Shown here: positions 35,701-46,347 of the stretch, piece by piece | Numbering within the stretch: the first letter of the stretch is position 1 | Layout: each line of letters begins with the position of its first letter | Source: Flectonema sp. DT1601 | Lineage: Eukaryota | Direction: 5' to 3' | DNA length: 64,000 nucleotides | Assembly (NCBI GenBank): GCA_964019425.1 | Contig: OZ025785.1 | Span: 682,001 to 746,000, forward strand | Position numbers and translations under genes: made by a program | The notes under the pieces: generated by a model | Databases searched by the model: none | What the model saw: only the letters and a program-made list of their open reading frames with translations | What the model was told of the DNA's origin: nothing

Positions 35701-37068
35701 TTAGAAGAAGTCTTTACAAGAGATTCATAATATACAAAGATTCAGTTACTTGGTTTGGAATTTCATACGTCGGAACGAAACCGTCCTTCTCAGGATACTA
35801 CAAAGATAGTAACGGAGATATATTCTACTGGGGGTGTCTCGATATATTATTAAAATGTCCAAGTCCTCTGAAATACGGAATCGACGTCGCAACTGGAGAT
35901 CCGATTGAAAGCAGCAAATCAACCTTCAGTAATGGAGTCGTTCCAGATGCGAATGATATAACAGTGAAAGTAAATGAAAAGAGATATGCTATTCTACAAA
36001 GTCAAACTCACATAGACAAATACGTATTGCTTTCAGGTATCTCACTCAGATCAAATAGCAGTGCGAGAGTGTTGCAGAATGGAACTTTAATTCTAGGTAA
36101 TGATCTGCCACAGACTCTACCAGCTGAGACCCTTCAGGAATATTTTGATATTCAGGTAGCAGGTGGTCTGAGCTATGCAGATATTAATTCATTCGTCATT
36201 ACATATGCAAATGATGGGACTGGTCTTACAGCTTTTCACGTGTCAGAAAAACAACAACAGGCGAATATAAATTTTATTTTGGATATGAAAGTCGGGGAGT
36301 TCTACTCTGACGATCTGAACCCCGAAAAGTTTATTGAGGCTTTGTCTGCGGCCATTGCTGGAAATGACTTTCCGGATGCTCTCTGGTCAGTAGGATTGTC
36401 TGTTTCTGCTATTGGAGTTGGTAACACTACTAAGGTTACGCTACACGCTGAGACTCAGGAGGGGTGGTTTGGAAATTTCAGTCTCGTAGTCGATGAGATA
36501 AAACACAGTTCTAACGAAGCAACTGTTAGAGATAAATGGAAAATTGTTGTTGTTGGTTCTGAGGTAACTGACCCACCGACTAGTTCTCCAAAGAACGGGA
36601 CGACGATAACTTCACCTCCTCCCACCCCTCTTCCTCCAACACAAACTCCTCGTACCTCAACACCGATACCAACACAAACTCCTATTACAAATATTAGCAT
36701 CGAAAAGAGTGCAAGCAGTGGAGTCGCATTGGGATTAGGAATTGTCCTTGGAGCTATCATCATAATCGGAATTATTTATGTTTTGTACAAGAGACGTCAT
36801 GCAAAGAAATTCTACCCCACTGGAGATGACGGGGGTGGAGTCCTTGAAATGGATTCTCGTGTTGTCCAACCAGGAGTTCCACGAGGTGGTGAGGTGTGTT
36901 TTTTTTTGTTATCTTAGCAATTTGCATATCAATAATAAAGTAACAAACAACAACAAACAAAAAAAAACTCTCAAAAAATAGGACGGTACCGCCCACAGCA
37001 ATCTGGTAGGTATAACGTACGCAACTCAGAGGAAAAACGCTGGAAGAAGACAACAGGTAGTTGTGTAA
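26745..37068 (+). CDS. Giant (~3,411 aa) type I membrane protein with ~12 tandem dCache-like extracellular modules; exons 26745-36893 and 36982-37068
   Basis: Signal peptide. Module 1 shows dCache_1 hallmarks (WSYFG...FSGY, DWYQ, GWTGIY.F, GVLGTDF.L, IFLIIN...LVAS, WTVV), followed by progressively degenerate repeats, a P/T stalk and TM VALGLGIVLGAIIIIGIIYVLY. A phase-0 intron gives the true C-terminus ...GRRQQVVV*. Confidence 0.8.
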
Positions 37069-37240
37069 GTATAACGTAATTTTAACATTGTTTTTTTTTA
37101 TTTATTTATTTCTTTTTTTTTTTTTTAAAAAAGTTTTGCTACACATCAATCATTTCCGTGCCTTAGCTGAGATGAAACGAGGGATTGAGTCAAACCCCTT
37201 TCTTTTGGCTTATCATACATCCGGTTTTGAACATTATTTA

Positions 37241-37275
<35 letters not shown>

Positions 37276-38158
37276 ACTCCGAAATCCGTATTATTTTCTT
37301 AGCTTCAGAAAGAACTAACATGTAGGATCCGACAGGCCTACTTATACTAATGAGTTTTTTGTAACCTTTTTTTTTATGTTTTGATTTAGTGCGCGCTATC
37401 TTATAATAAACTAATATTCTACCTTGTGCTTAATAAAATAGTTTTAGGTAGTTTATTGTGTTTTTTTTTATATTTATATCGTTCGTTCTTTACTATTTTG
37501 TTCGATTGTGGCCTCCTCAGAAAATCTTTTTTTTACCGTTGTGTGGAGAGAAAAAAAAAAAAAAAATTTATTATTATAATTTATTTAAGTTTGAATTCAA
37601 AAAAAAAAAAAAAAAAAAAAAAACTAACCACCTTGTTTTTTGTTACTGGGCATGGCGGAAATGAACTGGACAGAAAAGGGGAAAAAAAAAAATAGAAAAA
37701 AAAAAAGAAAAAAAAGAAACATCGTCTAACCTTTTTCTTAAGAAGGCCCTTGGTGCTATAAGAAGCCTGAGTCAAAATAACATATTATTAACACATTTTG
37801 TGTTATTTTTTTTTTTTCTCCTTTTTTCTTTTTTCTTTCATTCATTCATCCTTCATCAGAGTCTCAAAATCTCAAATGTTTCACAAGGAAGGAGGGAGAA
37901 AGGAGGAAAGTTTTTTTTTTTCCTTTTTTTTTTTTTTCTCACCTTACAGAGATATTCTGAGAATCTTTTTACATGAGATATACTCTTGCAGTTTAATTTA
38001 AGAATCGATTCATCTCTCTGTTTTGTGATCCATTTCATGACATCTATTTTATAACAGGTCACAGCAATGAAGAGAGTTTAAAACACCTGAATGGGTGATT
38101 CATATCGAAAAGGGATCTTTACTTTTATTATTTTTAAATAAATGAACAGGTCACAACA

Positions 38159-38860
38159 ATGCAGGGTGTAGTGCCCAACCGAAGTAAAGAAACACCTCCA
38201 GGAGATGACATACCTGAACAAATGGATGAGAAGTGTTCGCCTATCAAAGCAATGGCTGCTGTTGTGATATCAATAGTTGTATCCATTGCAGTGGGAGCAG
38301 GAATATGGCTGGCGGTCACTAGGAGTGATTCAGATTCGAGTTCCAGTCTGGATGATAGTTTTGTTATTTATATTAAAAAGTCTAATGAAATAGAAGTGGA
38401 GCCGAACCTATTACCAACAAACACTTGCTTAACATTCTGCTCATTATCGTGTAATACGACGAGTCTTTGTATGTGGAATTGTAATGTACAAAATGGAACA
38501 ACAAAACAATTTTCATATTATAATTTTAGTGATTTACTCACAGGAACAGTACCGGAATACTTTCATTGTGGATGTGCTGTTGACGACTCTTGGACGTGTT
38601 TTGTTAGTTCGAATAAAAACTCAACACTTTCGTCAGAATCGACTCATTTAGTACCCAACAACGACGTTCAATCAAATTGTAATTCGAGTTGCGTACTTCT
38701 TGGGTCAGAGAGGAGTTCGTCTGGTTTATTGTTCACAAGAAATTGGTTTTGTGAAGAAAATTCGCTTCTGCTAAACATAACAAATAACTCAACCGAAGAG
38801 ACGCAATTCAACGAAACGATATCTGTGGGTGACGTGTCAGTCTGTGAGAACGTTTTGTGA
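38159..38860 (+). CDS. Single-pass (type II) Cys-rich glycoprotein, function unknown
   Basis: 233-aa ORF; TM AMAAVVISIVVSIAVGAGIWLAV; many Cys and N-x-S/T sequons. Confidence 0.7.
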   Translation: MQGVVPNRSKETPPGDDIPEQMDEKCSPIKAMAAVVISIVVSIAVGAGIWLAVTRSDSDSSSSLDDSFVIYIKKSNEIEVEPNLLPTNTCLTFCSLSCNTTSLCMWNCNVQNGTTKQFSYYNFSDLLTGTVPEYFHCGCAVDDSWTCFVSSNKNSTLSSESTHLVPNNDVQSNCNSSCVLLGSERSSSGLLFTRNWFCEENSLLLNITNNSTEETQFNETISVGDVSVCENVL

Positions 38861-40569
38861 TGTTTTTTTTTTTTTTTTTTTTTAGATAAGTTTTGTTCCT
38901 TTTTTTCGTTTGTTTTTTCTTAGATACTGAAGAACGAATTGATTCGAGTTTTGTTTTTGTTTTTGTATGGAAGGAAACACATCATTGAGAATGATCGAAA
39001 GTTCAACAATTCCGTTCTCTGTGTTCTCCTTCCGTGTTTTTTCCTTTTCTTGGTCCTTCGCAGTTATGACCATAAACTGACTGTAATCTTACGTGATCCT
39101 TTTGTTTCCATTTTCTTGTTGAGTGATATGTGCTGCCCAATTTTTTGTAAAGCTGTTGGTATGCCCGCAGTACAATTATAATGCGTTTGTCAACTCTGGG
39201 GGGTGAACGATCCTCGGTACTGTTTCAGGGGTTTTTTATTTTCTTTGCGTGGAATGTGGGTAGCTGGAAGTCAATCACCGAGCCGAAGAGATAGGACTGC
39301 AATCTTCGCGATTGGGTCCTTACTGATGCGGTCCTTCGTAGTCATCAGTTCTGTATTTTTGCTAATTAACTAAACCAGTATTGCTAACTACTGCAGAAGT
39401 GAGTACTTTTTTTCATTTACTTTTTATCTCTATTATTTCTAACTTTTCTATACTAAAATTAATGATACCAGACATTAATACTAACTAACACTCTAGTTGC
39501 GTCATCAGGTTCTTATGTTAACCCACTTGCTGAATCTGATGGACCACGGTCCGCCTAAAAGAACCCTTTAAATAATAAAGTTTTAACCAATCGTCGTAAG
39601 TAGGTTATCCAAGTCAGCTAATTGCTTAAACAAGTCGAAGAGACTTGGTAAGGCTGATCGAATAAGGTTTAACTTCGTTATTGAAACACTGAACGGAGAA
39701 AAGAGAGCAAAACATCGAGAAGTTCCCGTAAAAGTAAAGTGTTAGTCATTAACGATAGGTACATTGGACTGGTCAAGAAATTTGGAATGAAGTCCCTTAG
39801 AACTTACTGATGAAGACCTAAGAAGGACAAGTAGTATAAGATTAAGGCTCCTGAAACTACGTATTCCACAAGTGATTTTATGGATTAGCAGAACTATTTA
39901 TTTAATGTTTTCACCGTCTTATTTTTTTTCTCAAAATGCGTTTTTTTTTTTTTTTTTTTTTTAAATAATAAATCTCGTATACTAACTTCGTTGCGTCGCT
40001 GAAAAACTAAACCAAAACTAACTTCTTTCTTTTGGGTTAAATTGGTCTCAGCGACTGCGAAAAAAATTAAAAAAAGCGTTTTGTGTGTGTTTGTGTGTTT
40101 GACGCTAGTCTGACTTTGTGCGGTGACATAAGGGGTGTATTGGTGGGTATTGCCGATCAGAGGCCCAATTATATTATTATATTGTTTTTTTTATTTTATT
40201 TTTTTTCTTGCACGAAAAAATCGGAGAATAAAAACTGTTCGAGATTAAGAGTCGTTTATTTATGTAAAAAAGGTTGCGTGTCTTTGCGATACAACAAAAT
40301 ATAAAGGTCTCACTCTGGAATGGTTTTTTTTTTTTAATTAAAAAGTTGTGACAGGCCCCCATAAGGACGTGTTATCATAGCTGTGTACCTTTCCTTAATG
40401 AGGGTTTTGTTTTTCCCATTTTTTTTTTTTTTTTTTTTCTTTTGAAACTATAAAGATATGTAAGTTTTTTTTTTTTTTGTTACGTATTATGAGTGGTTTT
40501 CCTTTCATCTTTATTTAATAATAAATTAGTTGTTCACTGTTCGAACACGAATCGATATATGTTTTCTTT

Positions 40570-41062
40570 TAGGACATCGGGGGACGTGTTATCATCAATC
40601 ACATGCTAAGTTTCTGGAAAGATGAGTGTTATGTCTTTCTTCTCCTAACCGCCTTATCCGAACCCGTTTCCGAAGACATGCAAATTACTGTATTCCTTTC
40701 CGTTTTTGTTTGGAATCTTTTTTTTTGTAAATCCGACTAAAAAGTAAAATTCCGATATTCTTCCTTTTTAAGTGGAATTTTTTTTTTTTTTTTTTTTGTG
40801 TACGAAAAACGTTTCCAGCCGAAAGCTTTAAAAAACACAATCTCCTTGAGACCTCTACCTGTGAGGGGTTACCCAGATCCCTGCATTCATAGTTGTATTT
40901 AACTTTTGTATTTTTGACGTAGTCTCTTTGCTTCACAAATGTAATGAGTACGACATGCAGGGTCTCTTTTACGAAGAGGGCTGGGGTATCCGAGGAAAGA
41001 TTTTATTTTTTATTTTAAATTTTTTAGCCCTAAAAACCCAACCATTATTTATATGATGTTCC
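40570..41062. mobile_element. Second, longer member of the dispersed element family seen at 791-1035
   Basis: ATGAGTA.GAC...CTCTT..GAAGAGGGCT.GG..TCCGA..AAAG(T)nAAATTTTAGCC..AAACCCAACCATTATTT is shared with 907-1018. The ends AGGACATC / GATGTTCCT are roughly inverted. Confidence 0.5.
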
Positions 41063-41829
41063 TTTTATTGTTATTTGTTTCTTACGGTGTCTTGTTTTTT
41101 CTTATTTCTGGCCTTGCAAACAAAAATAAAAAAATAAAAAATAGTGCTTTTTTCCGCCACCAAATTAACATGTTAGTTGGTTGGTAGTTGTTAATCGTTT
41201 TTAAGTGGAATGAAAAAAAAAAAAAAAAACTTCTATCTACCTCCGTTGGTGTGCTTCTCTCATTCGTCTTCAATAATTACATAAAATGTGATCAAGTCTT
41301 CCTTCTGTGTGTTTACCAACTTACTCTGGCTTCTCTAGAGCATCACCGTGCCGACCTTTGCCGTCGATTAATCGAGGTGTAAAATTTACTCTTCTTCTTC
41401 TTTTTTCTTTTTTTTTTTTTTTTTTTTTTCAAAAAAACTTTTGGTGAAAAAGTAACAAATGGCATGCTGTGTTCAGGATGCCTAAACTTAACACCATAAC
41501 GATCCTGATTAAATCATCCGAGGAGTCTAATTACGTTGATGTTATTAATTTGCTGGTATCATCAGCGAGGCACAATAAGCAATGTATCAGACTTTTCTTA
41601 TTTTCTGTTTTTATCTATTAAACTAAGAATCTGACAATGCTGTATCGCTTTTGTATTTTCGTGTCAGTTTAGTGGAAGACTTTTTTTTTTTTTTTTTTTT
41701 TATCGGTATATATTTTTTTGCTCAATTTTTTGTAATGTGTCAAAAACTTTTGTATATGTGGCAAACTTATTTTCGTTAAAATAAAACCATACCATTCACT
41801 GATGGTTGTGAAGGAGATTTATTTATTTA

Positions 41830-41896
41830 AACTTGAAACTGTTACGAACAAGAGGAATCCAACTGGTTAATTAAACCACAGCATGTCGCTTCATCA
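41830..41896. repeat. Dispersed ~65-bp repeat, near-identical to the desaturase 3' flank (17837-17903; ~19790-19856)
   Basis: AACTGTTACGAACAAGAGGAATCCAACTGGTTAATTAAACCACAGCATGTCGCTTCATCA is present at all three sites. Confidence 0.9.
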
Positions 41897-42118
41897 CAGC
41901 GGTGGCGAGTGGCATGTGACTTCTGCCCAGTGCCCTGAATGTCAACGCTGAGAGATCAGGTCAAGCGCGGGTAAACAGCTGGATAAACTATGACTCAGGT
42001 TTTAAAAGAGAAAAAATTTTCTATCCACAACAGACAATACAAAAAAAAAAATGAAATGATAAAAGCAGTTTTTCAAAACTCAATTTTTTTTTTTAAACAT
42101 AGCATCTCAGCATTTACA

Positions 42119-42898
42119 ATGGCACAGCAAGTACGCAGTACAACAGCGAGTGGGTCTGGTAGTGCAGTCTATGAGAGTGAAAGAGCTGTTGAGGAGTACC
42201 TTCAGTTCCACTACGGAGGTGAGGACTGCATGCCATATGCGTTTGGTCCTTCTGGTGCATTGAACTTTGCTCAAAGAGTTGGTGAGATTTGTGGAAAATT
42301 TGCTGACAAAAACAACCGAGGTACCGCATACGACATTGGATGTGCTGTTGGAGGAACCAGCTTTGAACTCAGCAAACATTTTGATAAAGTTGTTGGTGTT
42401 GATTTCAGTCACGCCTTCATTGCTGCTGCCAACCAAATGAAAGACAAAACTGAAATGCCATACAAATCTACTCACATTGCGGATATCAGAAACCAAAAAA
42501 CTGCAAAGGTGGACTCTGATTCAAAGGCCGACAGAATAACTTTCAAACAGGGAGATGCCTGTGATTTGGGAGACATTGGAATGGTTGATTGTATGATTGC
42601 TGCTAACTTACTATGCAGACTACCAGAACCAATAAAATTCCTTCAAAAGGCGATTGACAATATCTCAAAAGGAGGAATCCTCGTGTTGGTATCACCATTC
42701 TCTTGGTTACCAGAATACACTCCTCGTGAAAAGTGGATTGGAGGTACTGAAGGTTCTGACTCTGCTGAGGAATGCGCTAAGATTTTGTCCCCACACTTTA
42801 ACCTTATTGAACGTCACGACGAACCATTTCTCATTCGTGAACACGTTCGTAAGTTTCAATATGGAGTTTCTGACTGCACGGTTTGGAAACGTAAGTAG
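42119..42898 (+). CDS. Stand-alone SAM-dependent methyltransferase of the OvoA C-terminal type (putative mercaptohistidine N-methyltransferase, TIGR04345-like)
   Basis: YES...V.EYL.FHYG; DIGCAVGGTSFEL...FD.VVGVDFS..FI; F.QGDAC.L; AANLLCRL..P; SPFSWL.EYTP.EKWIGG; PFLIREH.RKFQ. ATG at 42119. Confidence 0.85.
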   Translation: MAQQVRSTTASGSGSAVYESERAVEEYLQFHYGGEDCMPYAFGPSGALNFAQRVGEICGKFADKNNRGTAYDIGCAVGGTSFELSKHFDKVVGVDFSHAFIAAANQMKDKTEMPYKSTHIADIRNQKTAKVDSDSKADRITFKQGDACDLGDIGMVDCMIAANLLCRLPEPIKFLQKAIDNISKGGILVLVSPFSWLPEYTPREKWIGGTEGSDSAEECAKILSPHFNLIERHDEPFLIREHVRKFQYGVSDCTVWKRK

Positions 42899-43615
42899 AA
42901 TCATGTCCTGCTGTATAAAAAAAAAAATGAAAAAAAAAAAAAAATTATAAAACACCTCCGAGAAAAATTATGTCGAAGAAGCAAGCACCTGTTTTTTTGT
43001 TTCACCTAAAGAAGTAAAAAAAAAACAAGTTTTTTTTTTTTTTTTTTTTTTTTTTTCCTCCTTGTCTGTGACAAATCGCAACGTGATCTGACAGACGGCC
43101 GTTTTCTGACTTTCAGCGCCGTCACCATTTCCTCACATGTTTGTTATGTATAAGACAGAAAAGTAGTTTGCGATCCAACGTGGAAAATATAAAAAAAAAA
43201 TTAAAAAAAAAGAGATCTCTTACCTCCTTTTATCTCAAAGTGCGAGGAATGAGATATAAAAAAAAGAACATGAAAAAAAAAAAAAAAAAAAAAAAAAAAA
43301 GAAAAGAAATCCTCGTTATTGCGCCCTCCTTGATTTATTGAAATTGTTAGTTTTTCCTGACTTGTACTGTAAGTCAGTGATTGCTGATATTTATTTTTGA
43401 AAAAATGCAAAAAACTCGTTTTACCCTTTCGTAGGGTGCCCATACAAAGGGCCTCCCGTGTGTACCAAACATAACGTGTGTTTGTTAAAGCTTTTATGTG
43501 TTATTATTATTCACAACAGGATTAGTACGACCTGCTGCTGTTCAACTACATCGTAAATAGTTATTAATTACTTTAATTATAAAGGCGTGACTCGGGGATA
43601 CTCCCCAACACAAAA

Positions 43616-44379
43616 ATGGAGCTTTTTGGGAAGACTAACTTCTTCAGACAAACTGGTGACTTGTTGCACTTATTGTCTGTTTTGATTGTGTTGTATAAAA
43701 TGCTGAAGATGAGATCGTGTTCTGGTCTGTCTTTGAAATCCCAATTCGCATATGCCGTTGTATTCACTACGCGGTACTTACCAACGTTGTACTATACTAG
43801 ATCTTACTACTTGTTGGTTATGAAATTATTTTTCTTATTAACTTCGTGGTTTATCGTTTACCTGATGAGATTTAAAGTACCTTGGAGAGCAAGTTACGAC
43901 GCGAAACAAGACAGCTTTAAAATGAGATATTTATTCTTAACTGCTGCAGTGATGGCGATCTTCTTCCACTACGATAACCCTCATCTAATTGTTGAGGTAC
44001 TTTGGACGTTTAGTGAATACCTTGAGGCTGTTGCTATCATGCCTCAGTTGCTTCTACTTTCTTCAATTATTGAACAAGGAAGGAGGTGGGAATTACTAAC
44101 TGGTCACTATGTATTTTGCTTGGGGCTCTACCGAGCATTCTACGTTGCTAATTGGGTTTACCGTTACTATTCTGATGGTGTGTTTTTTTTTTTTTTTTTT
44201 TTTTTTGAATTTGGATTATGGAAACAGGCCGGGGGAAAAAAAAAAAAAAAAAAAAAACAGGTCGTTGGAATTGGGTGGATACAACGTCAGGCACGATTCA
44301 AACTTTGTTGTATCTTGACTTCTTTAATACTTATATCCAGGGGATAATAAAACTGAGACAATCAACTCTCCCATCGTGA
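43616..44379 (+). CDS. ERD2: ER lumen protein-retaining (KDEL/HDEL) receptor; intron 44178-44260
   Basis: NFFR..GDLLHL; SCSGLSLKSQ..Y.VVF.TRYL; WTFS.YLEAVAIMPQL; HY.F.LG.YRAFY..NW.YRY. Splicing restores SG.IQTLLY.DFF..Y. Confidence 0.95.
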
Positions 44380-45080
44380 AGCTCTTATTTGATATATAGC
44401 TTTGCAATTTATCGACAATGGTAGTCAACAGACTATAGGAATGGCAAACCAAACTATTCTTCCCAAAAAGACAGCGTGATTTTTTTTACCTAAGAATGTA
44501 TGAATACCCTACAAAATAGGAAAGAAATTTAATAAATAGGGGGAGATGAAAAAAAAAACGCAAAACTAACAATTTTTGAAATGATTTAAAAAAAAAAAAA
44601 AAAGATATAATAAGGGAAAGAAAAACAAAGAGGCCTTTAACAAGTGTTAATTTATTTATTTGTTCTTACAGTTGGTAGCTGATTTGAAACTACCTGATTC
44701 TTTTTTTTTTTTTTGTTGGTAGCTGAGTTCGCTGTACGTAAATTTTTTTCACATTAGTGAGAACGCAAACACTTTCCCAGTGCTGCCTGCGTAGAACAAA
44801 ATAAAAGTTACCAATTGATGTGTCTTTTTCTTTTTTAATATTCTTGTTCCTCGCTCACAACCATTCCTCTTCACACAGGTTATAGCTTTTTAGCTTCTAA
44901 GAATGAAGCATAATCTTCTGTCATTCTTTTCGAGGACACATGTAGATAATGGTGTGGCTCTACTCATGGGTTTAGATTGAAGCGTTCTAGTTTTTAGGGC
45001 TCCCCCCTATTTTTTCTAACAATAAAAATAACCAACTTTTCTTAATCACAGAAAGCAACACACGAAAACTCTTCTCTAAT

Positions 45081-45857
45081 ATGAAGGCAGCAATTCTCGC
45101 CTTAGCCGCAGTGGCTACCTCAGCCGTACGTGTCCCTGGCGGTTATGATATTGCTCCAGAGTGCATCTTCGAATCGAAGGGAGGTGTCGTCGATGTTTCA
45201 AAAATTGAAAAGTGTGCTCCAAAAGAAAAAGATCCCCTAGTTCAACACTACGCTATGAATGTTAATGTTGGTGGTGATTCTCAAATCATGACACAAATGA
45301 ACACTTCATACACTGTACCACAGGCTCCAGCAAAATACGACTTTCAAGTTGTGTATTTCTGGCCAGGTTTCAAGAGTAGTCATCCAGAGATGGGATACCC
45401 AGTGTTGCAACCTGTATTACAATATGGTCAGAATGGACGTCGGGGATGGGAATTTCAGTCTTGGTTTGTTGACGGAGATCGTGGTATTGCCGTCACAGGT
45501 AAGGCGATCGGAGCTACTCCGGGTGACTTCTTAACTTCTTACATGATTTACGATGAGTCAACAAAGATCTGGACAGTCTTCTCAAAGAACACTGCGACTG
45601 GTGAAGTTTCTGACTTACACATCACAAGACAAAAGACTACAAATGTTGACTTCCACTACGCAATGCTCGTAATGGAAACCATCATAAGTTCTAACCCTCC
45701 TTGTGAATACTACCCAAAGGATACTAATGTTACTTTCTCTAACGTCATTGTTAACAACAAACCAGTCCATGGATGGGTTCCTGTTTACACTGATCACCAG
45801 TGTGCTGAGAATGTTACAGTTCTTCCAAATAACGTTGTCCGATTTGGATTTAACTAA
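45081..45857 (+). CDS. Secreted beta-sandwich protein, tentatively G1 (eqolisin-like) glutamic peptidase fold
   Basis: Signal peptide MKAAILALAAVATSA; motifs VP..P, YFWPG, VLQPVLQYG, W...SW, PGD.L.S.M.Y, W.V and A.LVME; candidate Q/E dyad. Confidence 0.6.
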   Translation: MKAAILALAAVATSAVRVPGGYDIAPECIFESKGGVVDVSKIEKCAPKEKDPLVQHYAMNVNVGGDSQIMTQMNTSYTVPQAPAKYDFQVVYFWPGFKSSHPEMGYPVLQPVLQYGQNGRRGWEFQSWFVDGDRGIAVTGKAIGATPGDFLTSYMIYDESTKIWTVFSKNTATGEVSDLHITRQKTTNVDFHYAMLVMETIISSNPPCEYYPKDTNVTFSNVIVNNKPVHGWVPVYTDHQCAENVTVLPNNVVRFGFN

Positions 45858-46347
45858 AGTTTCTCTTGACTTTTTTTTTTCTTCTTCCCCCTGTTCCCCA
45901 ATTTAAGGTATTCGGTCCGTGAGGGAAATCAACGCAGGTTCAACTGCTTTTCCCAATTCGCTTTCTTCCAAAAAAAATTTTTTTTTCTTAATTAACAAGA
46001 TTGCATAAGTGACACAAAAAAATAGGCAGTTATTTTTACACGGCCTCCCTCGAAATCTTTTTATTTTTTTTCTCAACTGTTTTTTTCTCTCGTTACGTGT
46101 GCCAGTATTTTTTTTTGTTTTTTGTTTTTTTTAAAATTATATATATCGACTTTTTTTTATCGTGTGTGTCGACCCCCAGTGTGGTTTTGTTATTTTGCTT
46201 CCTTCTGGGAAATTACAAATGTGTGGAAATTGCTATCCTTTCAACTTTGGATGGTAAACAAGAAATTGTTGTTTTTATTAATCAATTTTAGTATCTTAAT
46301 TAACAACAAACAGTCAAGTGGGAGTGGGGAGGGGGACAACACAGTAA

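Noticed and set aside
39800..39840. CTGATGA followed by a short stem (hammerhead-like); similar CTGATGA at ~7300, ~50555 and ~56813
   Set aside because: No GAAA core and no closing stems I/III.
39540..39900. Homopolymer-poor stretch with a frame reading LTDEDLRRTS, reminiscent of the tyrosine-recombinase HxLRR motif
   Set aside because: The His is missing, frames are interrupted, and no other catalytic motifs are visible.
41990..42118. N-terminal extensions given by the ORF track (also 16171-16272, 25276-25359) and read-through tails (44178-44347, 36894-36917, 17155-17199)
   Set aside because: These run through homopolymer, acceptor or intron sequence; downstream ATGs and spliced ends fit the families better.
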